This document shows, piece after piece, positions 15,401 through 29,668 of a stretch of 64,000 nucleotides of DNA (position 1 is its first letter; every line of letters starts with the position of its first letter). This DNA comes from the human T2T-CHM13v2.0 reference genome, Homo sapiens. The DNA is taken from NCBI RefSeq assembly GCF_009914755.1, contig NC_060939.1. One strand, 5' to 3'. Both the position numbers and the translations under genes were made by a program. The notes beneath the pieces are model-generated. The model was not told where the DNA came from. It searched no databases and saw only the letters and a list, made by a program, of their open reading frames with translations.

Positions 15401-16389
15401 CATAATTTATTTAAATTCTTCTTCAGATTATTAATGTTGAGGAATTTAAATGTGACCACAGTGTAGCTTCAGACAAGCAAGTGAAAATGTTGACACAACC
15501 TAACTCTTCTTAGCATTGTGACTGCAAAGTTAGGGATATCCTGAGCCCTGAAAGGAAGAATCTCTTGGTCCCAATATTTCTAATAATTCTGTAGCTGTGA
15601 TTTCTCCAGACTTGGTTTTCTATAGTGAATATAAAGACTGTCTTTCTTATTAATGCTAAGGGGAAAATATAATTTACATAGAAAAATGTTAATATATATT
15701 GAGACAATGTAGAATCTTAAGGGTAATGACCAATGAAAAAATTGTAAGTAGTAATCATTCGATGTGAGAATGTTAACAATCTCTTGATGAATGCATATCT
15801 AACACCTTACTCTCCCACCCATAACTCACAGATACTTTTATTCAAATAGAGACCACTAACATTTCTGAAAATCCACAGTTTAAAAGCTAATGTGGTACTC
15901 CGTCAAAATTATCCAACCTTTTAAAAATCTCGCAGTCTTACTGTTATATGCAGACCTATGTGATCCAAGCCATTTGGAATGAAAAATGAAGTGAGAAACA
16001 GTCATTAAATGGATTTGCTCTACCCCCAAATTCATTAACCTGTGGGTACTCAATGGAGGATATTGGCTGCATTATTGAAAACATTTTGGAGCTAATAAAA
16101 GGAGACCGCAACCAACGATGAATCCCCGCATGTGGAGAATCATGACCAACCCTATGAAATGCTTCACTAGGCTCCTGGCAAGGCTGCGGTTTTAAGCAAC
16201 TAGAGGAGAGACACTGGCCTTCCTCATCCTCATATGTGTGCATGATGCTCAGGAAGGGAGATTCAAATGGGCAAAAATGCTCCAGAGTTAGGAACAAATC
16301 TTCATAGCAAAAGAAGGCTGTTGTTAATGTAAATCACAGCTGAAATTTCCAAACAGATGGAAAAAACAAGTTCACATGTTATTTAGTAA

Positions 16390-17215
16390 AAGAGCATTTC
16401 ATAAATGGCCAATAAGCACATGAAAAGATGCTCAATGTCATTCATCACTAGGAAATGCAAATCAAAGCTGTAATGAAGTACCACTTCACGCCTGGTATGA
16501 TGAGCATAATCAAGGACACACACAATAACAAGTGCTGGTGAAAGTGTGGAGAAATCAGAACGCTCATGCATTACCACCAGGAATGTAAAGGTGCATCTGC
16601 TCTGGAAAAGCAGTTAGGCAGGGTTTCTAAAAGTTCAACAGAGAGTTGCATATGACCTTGCAATTCCACTCCTAGGTCAAACAGCTAATAAATGGATAAA
16701 TAAATTGTGATACATATTATATATTACTATATATAATATATGATATTATATATGATATACATATGATATACATAATATATATGATATACATATATAATAT
16801 ACATAGTTTAATAGAAAACATATATATGAATATCATACAGCCAAATGAAATGAAGCACTAATCCATGATGCAACACGGATGCACCTTGAAAATGTTATGC
16901 TAAGTGAAAGAAGCTGGACACAAAAGACCACATGTTAAATGATTCCATTAAATGAGATGTCCAGAATAGGCAAATCCAGGAACAGAAAGTAGGATTAGTG
17001 GTTTCCAGGGTCTGGGGGTTGGGGAAAGGGGGGAAGCAGTGTGTGAGTGACTACTAATGGGTATAGGATTATTTGGGGAATGAGGAAAGTGTTCTGGAAT
17101 TGGATACTGACAATGGTTGTACAACTTTGTGAATATACTAAAATACACTGAATGATATAATTTTGCAAGATAAATTTTATGTTGTGTGAATTCTATATCT
17201 CCATTTTTAAAAAAC
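16390..17215 (+). mobile_element. Old L1 (L1MB-like) 3' end with internal (TA)n tract
   Basis: 'aaatggccaataagcacatgaaaagatgctcaa' through 'gttgtacaactttgtgaatatactaaaa'. Confidence 0.85.
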
Positions 17216-17635
17216 TGAGTCATTCTCTCTCCCCCATGATTTCATTTCTTCAGTGTTATGATGAAATTTGGTAATTCTACCCACGGTGAGGATAGTAAGG
17301 AAAGCAGCTAATTATTCTAATTGACTTATAAATCCAAGATCCATATTATATTACTTTACATTATGTTATATTATATTGCATTATATTATATTTATCATCA
17401 TTCTGAAATAATCTCTTGGATATTTACATTCATCTAAGATGAATATTTGATGAAAATTAGAATAGAGCCATCCAGGGATGTAAATATTTTTATTATCAGG
17501 TTAACACAAACTGTATGTAATAACTGCCTTAAATAGTTTACATATATCAGGGCTATTTTCTAATATGCCAAAGCCTTTCCAGTAAGAGCTCCTCATTTCT
17601 TTTGGGGATTTCATTAGGCCTTTCATCTGTAACTT

Positions 17636-18590
17636 TGTAAACCAAAAACAAATCTCTAAGCCCCTCAACCAACTGACGGACCCCCTCTCAGCCAAGGACA
17701 TTTCAAAGAAATCTGAAAAACTAGTTCAGGGCATGAAGGGGGTCAGCCGTGCCTCACTGTACCCCACTCCCTTTGGAATTCAGACACAACTCACCAGCAT
17801 TCACATTAAAACAGGGATCTTCAGACCGATAGAATAGATGTAGCAATAAGATACCAAATTCCATCCTGACTCTAGTATAACATCACATGACAGACAGCAG
17901 GCCCTGAAAGAAATCAAAGTATTTTACCCCAAAATACGCTTCTTTGACACATTTGGAGATGGCCTTGCAAAGTTGTCTTTTGTGGGGAAAATCTATATTC
18001 TGTAGAGAATCCCCTTCCCTTTCCAAAACCTTTCCCTAAGACTCTGGTAATTTTTTAGGTCTGATAAGAGCTCTGAAACCTGCTACCTGGAGGCTTCATC
18101 TGCATGATAAAAACCTTGGTCTCGGCACACGTATACATATGTAACTAACCTGCACAATGTGCACATGTGCCCTAAAACTTAAAGTATAATTTAAAAAAAA
18201 AAAAAAAAAAAACCTTGGTCTCTGCAACCCCATATCTTAACCCAGGCTCTTCTTTCTATTGATTCTGGGACTTTAGATAATAACTCTTTCAACCAATTGC
18301 CAATCAGAAAGTCTTTGAATCCACCTATGACCTGGAAGCCCTTATCCTGCCCCCTGCTTCGAGTTGTCGCACCTTGCCAGACTGAACCAATACACAACTT
18401 ACATGTATTGGTGAATATCTTCCTGTAACTTCTGTCCTCCTAACATGTATAAAATCAAGCTGTAACTCAACCACCTTGGGTACATGTTCTCAGGATCTCC
18501 TGGAGTGGTGTCATGGGCCGTGTTCACTCATTTTTGCCTCAGAATAGATCTCTTCAAATAATTTACAGAGTTTCACTCTTTTCATCGACA
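17636..18590 (+). mobile_element. ERV1 solo LTR, MER4 family
   Basis: Starts TGTAAACCAAAA...ctaagccc and ends 'ttttcatcgaCA'. Imperfect 4-bp TSD actt/cctt. Confidence 0.8.
18124..18207 (+). mobile_element. Extremely 5'-truncated young L1PA (L1PA2/3-like) with 15-bp TSD, inserted in the MER4 LTR
   Basis: 'gtaactaacctgcacaatgtgcacatgtgccctaaaacttaaagtataat' plus poly-A. TSD AAAAACCTTGGTCTC at 18109-18123 and 18208-18222. Confidence 0.9.
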
Positions 18591-18715
18591 CCTTGACTAT
18601 GGAAATTATCGTTTTTGGCTTTACCATTTGGTACCCTTGGCTTGTCTCCACATCAGAGCTCTGAAGGTCTTGGTGTCTAAATTAGCTGTGTAGTCCTTGC
18701 TGGCCCTAATGTGAC

Positions 18716-19455
18716 TGAAACCACCTTTGCAAAAATTGCATCAGTGAGAAAATTATGACAGTGAGGGAGATCTGATCTATCCAATCCCCTTCTTGCCTCT
18801 AGCCTTCAAGCTGCCCTCAATTATTCTTGGGCTTAAGGCAAGCTAACTTTGGCAGACGTTTAGTTTATAGCTTAAATGATAACAGCCCTTCCCCAAAACT
18901 CAATTGCATTTGTAAAGCTAATCAAAGAACACCAGGCTAGGAGGATAGGAGAGACTGAATTCTGCTAAAGTGTAGACATAGAAGATTGCCAGCCATTATT
19001 CTGGAGGTCACAAGATATGCAACTTCCCCAGTTACTCCTGCAGATAACATCGCTATTGGAGAGCCTAAGACTGGCCTTTTGAGATACGTTTTCAGGGTTT
19101 TTGCATGTTTGAGACTGATGGCTCCACCTGGACTGGCCAGCTGCTCCTGTGGCTTACTCAGAAATGACTCTGCATGCAGGAGAACCATTTCCCACACCCC
19201 TATGATTTACACCCTCAACCAATTGGCAGCAAGCACCCATTGCCTAACCACCCTCCCCGCCATTCTTCCCCAAAATTGTCCTTGAAAAGCCCTAGCCTCC
19301 AAATCAGAGAGGCAGATTTCAGTAATAATACAACTCCCGTCTTCCATTTAGCCAGGTCCTACATGGGTAAAACTCCTTCCCTACTGCAACAACTCTGCCT
19401 CCATAAATCTGGTCTACCTCAGCAGTGGGCAAGAGGAACCCGCTGGACAGTTACA
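18716..19455 (+). mobile_element. ERV1 solo LTR, LTR8-family
   Basis: Starts TGAAACCACCTTTGCAAAA...gaaaattatgacagtga and ends 'ggacagttaCA'. TSD tgac/tgag. Confidence 0.8.
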
Positions 19456-20726
19456 TGAGTCCCTGGTAGAGTAAATATAGATCCATCTCCCCTCTAGAGA
19501 AGACGACCTAGGAGAGCAGCGATATGGTTTTTATGTTCACCACACTAGCCCCAATCAACCCCTAGGCCACTGCCTGCATGTGTTGTACAAATGCATGAAT
19601 AAGTGAGAGGATGGATATGTGAATGGCTTAGCTGAAATGAATCTTACTAGAAACTAGAGTGCATAGAACATATATTAGGAAGCCTTGGGAATGTCTGTCC
19701 AGCTCATAGTGACCTCCTCTAAGAAGTATGCCTCAGCCACTCCAGGCCACATCTCACCACTTGTTCCCGTCCACCTGCTCAGAATTTCCTGTGCTAGGAG
19801 ATGAAAGAAACCAACAAGGCCAAGCAGACTCCTCTTCGCCTGGAAATTGGGGGTTCAAAATAGCCATTTCTCTGTGTGTGGCTGAAATCGAGGTCCTATA
19901 AACTGGGAAACTGATCAGGCAAGCACTATTCTGCCATGAGCAGAAAAAAGATGCACTAACTGGTCACGGAGAAGCAAGGAGCTGAGGGCAGAGCACTGCA
20001 GATGCCGGGGTGGGTGGGCGCCCTCCATCCGGACCCTTCCTCCTTCCTGAGCCTGCCCCCAAGAGGCCCCAGTGTCCTTGGAGCCTGTCAGCCTGTTATT
20101 ATTCTAATAATCCTCCATTTTGCTTAAGACAGATCCAATAGATTGCTTTATTTGTAGCTAAAAATACTTTCACAAAGACAACAATAAAATTGCTCAACCA
20201 GAGGGACACCAAGGGACAGGGAGAAGACCAGCAATTTCAAAACCATAATCAGGGAAATAATGACGGAAAATTTTCCAGAACTGAAATCTAATCAAACACA
20301 TCATGAGAGAATCTGGGGTACATTCTGAACTAATTATCAAAGGAGGAGGCCTAGGAAACAGCTCATCAAGGCTCTGAATTTTAAGGCCAAAGATAACATT
20401 TTCAAGCCTGCCTCGCTGATTCTTTTCACAGGTTCATAATCAGTTATCCACAATCTTGAAACCCTAATTTCAGAAAAGCAAACTTTTTCTATATATTTTG
20501 ATGTAAAAAAATTCAAAAAACCCTGACTTGAATAGGAATGAGGTTGTTTGCAGTCTTTATTTGTCCCACTTTGTGTAAATATTCATGTTTCACTGCAGAA
20601 ATCATGCTCGGATGACAGGGTGCTGGCCCTGAACCTCTCAGGGTGTGTTACATTATATCCAAAATTCAGTATGCTCACTGAATTATCTTTCTAAAACACA
20701 TAAAAAAATCTGAATTTTGAAACTTC

Positions 20727-21788
20727 TGGGGCTCAGAAAGCAATACCCCAAAATGAAGGCCTCAGAAGTGTTAAAGCAAGCTAACGATGGCCTGAGAAGG
20801 ACTCTGTACTTCTCTATTTGAGTCCTTGTGGATGAACTGTAACCTAGCTTAATAGTCAGACAAAGCGAAAACCTAACTTAATAGTATGCACCTCTAACAA
20901 TGGCTGAGTGTCAGCCAATCCCCGCAGCCATACTTCAACCACTCATAGGCTGCTGTATGTTCAAACTGTGTTCAAATAAGGCAAACGCCGAGCTGTAACC
21001 AATGTCACTGTTTCTGTACCTCACTTCCGATTCCCGTACGTCACTTTACCTTTTTTGTCTATAAGTTTGTTCTGACCATGAGGCACCCCTGGAGTCTCTG
21101 TGAATCTGCTGTGATTCTGGGGGCTGCCCAATTTGCGAATCGTTCATCATTCAATCAAACTCCTTTACATTTAATTCGGCTGAAGTTTTTGTTTTATCAG
21201 AAGGAAAAGTTTTCTCTGCCGTCCTCCTGCCTGCCCATCTCTCAGTCCCATTCTCCCCTGAGACTGCCAAAGACACTAGAATCTTTCCCAAGGCAGGTCA
21301 TTGAAACCAGAATCCTTTTCTGCAAAGCCAGCCATAAAATCTAAAGTGTTATTCTCATTTTCCCTCTGCCTTTCTGTGTGAAAACTGGCCATGAAGAAAC
21401 TGTCTGGCCTGCCTTGTTTGACTGTGGGTCCTACAACCCCCATTCCAGAAAGGGGCCTGCCCCACACTCAGAAGGAAGGAGTGCCGCTCAGAGAGGCCAG
21501 GAGGACCCTGGACAGACAGGCCCTGCTGGGTTTCCCACTCAGTCTATCAGTACCCAATCATACACTTTTTCTCCAATCCCATTTCTACATGGCTGTCCGC
21601 ACTTGGCTGAACCTAAGCTTTAACATGAACAATTTCTCCTGTATCTTTGGGTCTTCATTCTGAAGGCTCCTGTGTACACATGTTAAATGAATGTGTTTGC
21701 CTTTTCTCCTATTACTCTGCCTTCTGTGAGTTGGTTTTTCAGCAAAACTCAAGAGGCCCAAGGGGAAAGCTCTCCCTTGGCCCCTGTG
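20727..21788 (+). mobile_element. ERV1 solo LTR, MER39-like, interrupted by MER57
   Basis: 'ggggctcagaaagcaataccccaaaatgaaggcctcagaag' resumes after the insert as 'gaaaagtttctctg' and ends near 'cccttggcccct'. Confidence 0.72.
20769..21199 (+). mobile_element. MER57-family solo LTR nested in MER39, TSD GAAG
   Basis: TGTTAAAG...atggcctgagaaggactc...ttttatCA. GAAG at 20765-20768 and 21200-21203. Confidence 0.82.
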
Positions 21789-22959
21789 AAACCCATCTGG
21801 CACTAAGGGTCTCATGCAGGCACTGCAGACCTCTGCAGAGCCAGCGCCCAGGCTGGGCTTGGTCTTGCTGTGCTGTGAGGTGATGGTCCCTGCACATTGG
21901 GAGCCACCTCTTTACCGGATGGGTGTGAACTGTGACCCTGGCCCTTGCTCACCCTTCTTTGCCATTGTGCCACCTCTTGCACACCCCTGGGTCCCTCAGG
22001 GCTCTCCTCTCTGTCACCACAGCCAGCTCCGTGTGGCCCGACAACCCTCACACAGATGCACCTGGAAGGTCTGCCCTGGAGCCCATGCCCCTGATGCCTT
22101 CTCTGCCTGGGCCGCCCTGCGGGTGCGGTCGCATGGCCTCGGCACATGCAGCTGGACACATGCACTCTGGCATCCCACGGGAAGGAGCTATGACCAATGG
22201 GCCATGCGCACCAGCCAGTAAACATTCCTTCTTGCTCTACTCAACCCCACAGACAGCCCTGAGGTGCATTTGGTACCTCCACTCAGGCAGCCTTGCAGGA
22301 TGGAGCCCCAGTGGCCCGTCACGAAGGCCAGCACGCTGGGGCAGTGGTGCCTGCGCTCACTCTCCTCACTGCCCGGCCCCCATCCCTCACTCCTCTTCTC
22401 TGGGTTGAAGCTCCCGGATGAAGAACACACATGTGAGCCTTTGCCTCAGGCTGTGCCCCAGGCTGGGTCAGCCACATAGGAAATTCCCCACAATAGTTAA
22501 GTTGGAATCTGTGAGCAGCAATGAGAACTTTGTTCGTGCATCCTGAGAACCTACACCTTGCTTCTACTAATGAACCAGGCATTAGCAGCAGGCACCAGGG
22601 AGGGGAAATGCAGACACACAGACCATGTCCTTGAGTCTAGCTGGGAAGGGGGAGGACAGAGGACAGACGAGGAAAGAAATCATAAGAATATATTTAAGGT
22701 TTGCATAAGGTGCTGCGGAACTCCAGGGGGATTCTCATTGTGCCACGTGCCAGCAAGGGTGTGAAACAGCTGGAACTCCCATACATGCTGTGGGAACGCA
22801 ACGGGGTTGGCCTTGCTAGAAAACAGGGCAGCAGCTGCTTTTAAAATAAAATCTACACCCACCATATGACACAGCAGTGCCACTCAAGAGAAGGAAATCA
22901 ACCCAGAGAATAAAACCCTAAGTTCACAGAAAACCATGTGCTCAGAAGTGTCTGGAGTA

Positions 22960-23299
<340 letters not shown>

Positions 23300-23901
23300 T
23301 GATGCACACAGCAACTTGGGTGAACCATAAAGGCATTACACTGTGTGAGACAAGCCAGTCTCGAAAGGTGGCATACGATCTGATTCCATGTATATGACAG
23401 CCCCAAAAACACAAAACCATAGTGATGGAGACAAGATCAGTCCTTGCCAGGACCGGGGGAGGGTGGCTACAAAAGGACAGCTGAGAAAGTTCTGTAACGG
23501 AGCTGGCCTGTGCTCTGACTGCAGTGGCAGTTACACAAACCTACCTATGTGTTAAAATCCAAAGAACGCTACATTCAAAGGAAAAGTCAGTTTTGCTCTA
23601 TGATAATAAAAAAAAAATAAAGAGAAAGAGTCAATGCTATGTCTAGGTTAGGATTCCTAAATGAAGGAATGTTATCTGATGTCACATTTTGTTTCACAAT
23701 GCACATTTTTATATGACAGCACCCTATGTTATATGAAATTACATTGTTATAATGTCACGTAGTGTACAGTGTGTGCGCTGTATTAGATGATGTCACGTTA
23801 CATGATGTACATCGTGTGATACGACATCATTTCATATCATATGACATCACATTGAACGAGGCTCAACTTACACAGCAGGACACATTGAAAACAGAACTTC
23901 T

Positions 23902-24264
<363 letters not shown>

Positions 24265-25008
24265 CTACTGGCTGAAGACCCGGGAAGATCTTGTATCCAT
24301 TTTGCCCTTGTTCTATCAGAAAAGTTCTTATAACTCTAAGGAAACTGTATTCCATTAAAATATATGCCAATCAAACTTTTCTCCTAGTCAACCTAACCTA
24401 TCTTGATAAATATGCAGTATCTGGATCCCCAGATAAAATCACCTGAACACAAGCCCTAACTAAAAACAAAACAGGATTTAAAAGCAGAAAATAAACATGT
24501 CCATCATTCACAGATGTAACAACCACACAAAAGGAGATGAGACATTTTGTAAAAAAAACGTAGACTTGCAGGCTAAAAGTTTCATAGTAACCAAGATTTT
24601 TTAAGTCCATATAGTTAAAGATGTGACTTTAAGTATTAAAGTATTGTTTTTAATACAAAGACTGTTGCCAAATGTTAATAAAATTGAATGCAAGCTCTTA
24701 TATCTTTTTAGTTTTTAAAATGCCTGCTATGTTCCTCTAAAGTAGACTCTCAAATAAAATCAGGAGCAAAATTATCTGTGAACACCTAATGGAACCTCTC
24801 TGCCCACAAAACACTAGTTTTTTAAATTTGTTTAATTACCAGTGGTGACCACGTAACATTCTTGTAGTCATTAAGGTTTCTAATGTTAAAATTACATTAG
24901 GCCTGAGGTGTAATTAAAAATAATTACACTGCAGCAATTTCTAGATGTAATCCACCAAATACAATTGAAATTCACAAAATCGTTACCACTCCAGCTTTGG
25001 ATCATTAC

Positions 25009-25085
25009 CTCATCAGGATTCCAAGCAGATCAGCTCTCAGGTGTGGATAAATAATACCTGCCAGCTTGAACCAAGCCCAGGCCAC
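25009..25085 (-). CDS. OCA2: OCA2 alternative stop-containing cassette exon (G-GLGLVQAGRYYLSTPES*; TGA at 25030-25032)
   Basis: Acceptor ttgccAG|GT and donor GAG|GTAATG. In frame with exon 18 it gives 17 novel residues, then a stop. The peptide matches my recollection of the truncated OCA2 isoform. The donor used is uncertain (alternative exon end at 24987). Confidence 0.72.
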
Positions 25086-26227
25086 CTGGCAAGTTGGATT
25101 TGAGATTATCAAGAGAAAGAAATGGAGGGGCTGCAAATACATAACACAAAGCTGGAACTCCAGTCAAAAGCACATACATCATGTGTTGTGTGAGAATCTA
25201 GAAATGCGGCTTTTTTACATAAGAGAAAAGGAAGACCAACTTCTAGCCCATGAATGTCTGATGGTTTCCAGGAACCCCGGAAGCAATGATGTGGTGCGAA
25301 TCGCTGAAGCTTGAGGCATTATCCATCTATTTTACAAAATTAAGAGGCTTCACTTTCTACGGCAGCTGCACTCCTCAAATTTCACAGTGAACCAAGGTTT
25401 TATACAAAATAAGATAAAAGTTGGGTATTTTAACCATCTTAGCAGAGCTCACTTTTGAAGGAAAACTATGGGTAAAGCTTTGGTAAAAGAAAAGACTGTG
25501 ACACCACCTCAAATTTATGCTTCTTATAAACCTACACTTTCATGTGGGGTGGGTTTTGTTTTGTTTTCAATAAGGATACCAATGGAGATAACTGTGAAAT
25601 TGATAAGAAACGCCTGGGAGAGTGGAGAACGTTTATGGAGGGTGGAGGAGGCCAGGGGTTGACAAGCTCTGTGGTGAGCTCCCCCTGAGAGAGCCACATC
25701 TCAGGTGGGGATAGGTCCTGGCCACAACACAGGCTAGAGAAAGTGGAGAGGTCTGAGAGCCATGGGTGTGGTGAACGTGGGAGAAGAGAAACCAATGGTG
25801 GACGGTGGGAGAACAGTTTCATGCGCCAGATGCACCCTCAGACAAGGCAAGTGGGCCCTGCAGAGCACCGGCCATTCGCCAGGGCTCTCCCGAACAGACT
25901 GTCACCTAACTGGCATGGTAGGCGGCACAGATGGCAGCGCTGGCCTTGCCCATGTGGCTCCATCTCTTCTGGGAACCATGTAAAGATGTGGTTATTAACT
26001 ACAATAGACAGGACAGTGCCCACTCTATATTCCTCCTCATGGTCATCCCTGGAGGGGCTGAGGACCCATGGCACAGAGTCTAAGGGGCCAGAGATGCATC
26101 TCTCTCTCCCTCCCTCCTGCCCAGGAAACCAAAAGGAAAGGCGCCCTTCTTCCCAGGGCAGGCTGCCCACCCTCCATCTCAGCCCTCTCTGGCCTCCCAC
26201 CAGCCCGGCTGCCTGTGGGCAAAGTCA

Positions 26228-26434
<207 letters not shown>

Positions 26435-27151
26435 TCATTTACTCTGCACAACCTTCTGACTCCTGCAGCGTGTCATAACCTACGCAACTGGAATCACGAC
26501 AGATTTCACGAGGATGAAAAATGTAACCTCTCGAACTTGAAAGAAAATGGCAAAGTACTGTGTTACAAGGAAACCCGTACAGATTCAGGATTACTGCATT
26601 CAAAATCTTTATGAAAGATAAACACAGATGTCAAGAGTAGCACAGCCCTGTTATGAAACACCTGGCCGGCAGGTATCAGAGGATGACGGGGCGTTTCTAC
26701 AGGGGCCTATGCTGTCTTCACTGTTCCTTTCTCTACCACGCCAAGCATGCGGGTGGGGCCATGAGGCTGAGCCTTCTCACGGAACTGTGACTCCCAGATA
26801 AGGCTCTGGCCATGTTCTTTACACGACATGCATGAGGCCCCTGGAATGCAGGGGGTGCACTCTTAGCGCTGGAATGACACCCGCGAGAATCCACCTGGTC
26901 ATAGGGGGAGGGCAGGCCCCGAGGCACCTCATCCTCCGCAAGGCCTCCATCAACCTAGGAGTACCTAGGAGACGGCACGAGACGGGGCTCTCCCTATGAG
27001 GCCCCAAGGGTACTGTGCTCCACAGGCCATGGCTGCGTGGGGCCAGGGCAGGGAAGCACGCACAGATGGGCACCTGGTAGGCCTGCCCTGTTAACAAGGT
27101 CCCCGTGTGAATGCCGGCCCACTGTGTGAAAGGATAACTGCACCAGGTCCT

Positions 27152-27502
27152 TTCTCTTTCTTTCTTTCTTTCATTTATTTATTTATTTATTTTTATTTTT
27201 ATTTTCATTTTCATTTTTTGAGACAGTCTCACTCTATCACCCAGGCTGGAGTGCAGTGGCACAGTCTCAGCTCAACGCAACCTCCGCCTCCCAGGGTCAC
27301 GTGATCCTCCTACCTCAGCCTCCCTCCCCAGTAGCTGGGACTACAGGTGTGCACCACCATGCCCAGCTAGTTTTTGTATTTTTAGTAGAGATAGGGTTTC
27401 ACCATGTTGCCCAGGCTGGTGTTGAACTCCTGGGCTCAAGCAATGCGTCCACCTCTGCCTCCCAAAGTGCTAGGATTACAGGTGTGAGCCACCACGCCTG
27501 GC
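27152..27502 (-). mobile_element. AluJ-like element with (TTTC)/(TTTA) tail
   Basis: Reverse Alu consensus. Confidence 0.92.
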
Positions 27503-28254
27503 AAGCATCAGATCCTTTCTTGAGTCTGGTCCCACCAGCACACCTGTCTACCCATCTGTCTAATCTGTCTAGGTGGATTAGATGGAGACAGCAATGATGA
27601 TGAATGCCAATGTCTGTAGCTTCATGGATGCAGGTGGATCTCGATATCTACCATCATAGTGATCTATAGCTATCTGGATTTGGACAGATATAGACATATA
27701 GATATATAGATATAGACACACAGAGGTAGAGCTAGAGCTACAAAGAGATTCTCTCTCTTGCTTCCTCTGGTCACAAAGGTAAAGCTGCTGCCATCAAAAA
27801 CACATGCAAGGCCCTCTGTGTCACAACAGCTGACACAGCCCCTCCTCTATGTGCAGTGGGGCCACTGGTGAGCATCTGCCCCTCCCTGCCCACCGTGAAG
27901 GCTCATGGCTGGGCCAGCCCCTTCTCATCTTCCCTGTCGCCCCTCTGGGGAAGGCCGATTTTCCTACATGATTCTGTGCTGAAGAATTAGGGCCAAAGGA
28001 GCATGGCAGGAAAAAGATTTGAAATGCTCAGAGGAGAGTGATGCGGATTCTCACCAGGCATGAGGGGAGGCACTGCAAACCTTCCCTGAGGTCGCAGCAA
28101 CCACAGAAAGTGGCTATTGCCACAGCCAGTGCAAAGATTGGAGGTGGAGGAGTAGGCAGGTCAAAGAGCATTCCAGCATCCTGCAGCTCATGGAAGTGGA
28201 GGTTTTTTGGGGGTATCATTCAAATTTGCTCCTTCTGGATACCTGAGGTCATTT

Positions 28255-28634
28255 CTTTTTTTCTGTTTTCTTTTTTTTTTCTTTTTCTTATTTCAATAGG
28301 TTTCAGGAAGACAGGTGATGTTTGGTTATATGGGTAAGTTCTTTAGTGGTGATTTCTGAGATTTTTGGTGCTCCCATAGCCTGAACAGTGTACACAGTAC
28401 CCAATGTGTAGTCTTTTATCCCTCGCCCCACTCCCACCCTTCCCCTCAAGTCCCCAAAGTCCATTATATCATTCTTATGCCTTTGTGTCCTCGTAGGTTG
28501 GCTCCCACTTATAAGTGAGAACATACAATGTTTGATTTTCCATTCCTGAGTTACTTCACTGGTCACCAAGTCCATCCAGGTTGCTGTGAATGCCATTATT
28601 TCATTCCTTTCTATGGCTGAGTAGTATTCCATGG

Positions 28635-28635
<1 letters not shown>
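28255..28635 (-). mobile_element. L1PB-like 3' end fragment
   Basis: 'aagttctttagtggtgatttctgagattt' and 'gctcccacttataagtgagaacata'. Confidence 0.85.

Positions 28636-28636
<1 letters not shown>

Positions 28637-28669
<33 letters not shown>
28637..28669. repeat. (CA)n microsatellite, about 16 units
   Basis: Read directly from the sequence. Confidence 0.95.
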
Positions 28670-28671
<2 letters not shown>

Positions 28672-29668
28672 CTAGGGTCATTTCTGTAAGAATTCTTAGA
28701 TGTGATACAGGGATGTTGCCAAGCCTTACCTCTCCATTTCATCTCACTGTAGTCCTCGTCCAGGTGTACAGAGAGGCACACAGTTCTCCAACTCATGACT
28801 AAAACACCACAGTCTAGCAAGGCAGGCATAATCTGTATGAACTTGGGGCCTGCAAGAGTATCACAGCTATACCTTTCTTTTCTAACCCTGGCCATCCACA
28901 TGGGACAGAGTGTGAAGGCACTGAGGCACCTCATCAGATTGCATCCAACATCTTTATGGAAAATAAGCACGATAGATGTGAGGTGTTCTGAAGCCCTTTG
29001 AGGAAACACCTGACTCGCATGGAGAGTGTGCCCATCAAAATTAGAGTGGGTATTCAATCTCTCCCTAGAAAACAAACTGCATGGATCTGAAATGTCACTG
29101 AGATGCAAATGACTCCTAGCAGATCTTGAGCAGAGCTCTCTCGACTGGGAAGGGGTCCTCTGTGTTCATAAATGGGCTGAGAAAGTCCACCCCCATGGAA
29201 GAATGAGCCAAAAAAAAAAAAACAAAACAAAACAAGCTCTGCCCCAGGAAGTCACAGCCATCGGCAGCACACTCACGCATCCTATGTCTGCCCCTAAAGC
29301 TGCTCCACTTCATGCAGCATGCCTTGCCGGTCTCCCCTCCGCAAAGTGTGAACCTTGGGCCTGCCCTTCAGGGCCAGGAGCGGGCTGGTGGTCAGGGACA
29401 CCCGCTCAGAGGGCGGGCCCTGCAACGTGCAGGGACAGGGAAAGGCTCTATAAAGATGTTTGCTTTCCACATCCTCACAAAATCAGCCTGCTGTATCCAG
29501 AAAACATTTTTCCCCATCCACTCACACACATAAACCTCAACGTCTTGTGTATAACCACAGAAATAAAAAGAGAAACGGCATTCAGTCACGTGAGGGAAGG
29601 AAAAGGCATCACTCACTCTCTTCTTGGAGAAGTGAATCAGAAATCCCTGAGGAAAGAAAGCTGGGTAC

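Noticed and set aside
21810-22500. GC-rich block with overlapping 135-158 aa ORFs on both strands
   Set aside because: No recognisable protein or exon structure. Stop codons are simply rare in GC-rich DNA.
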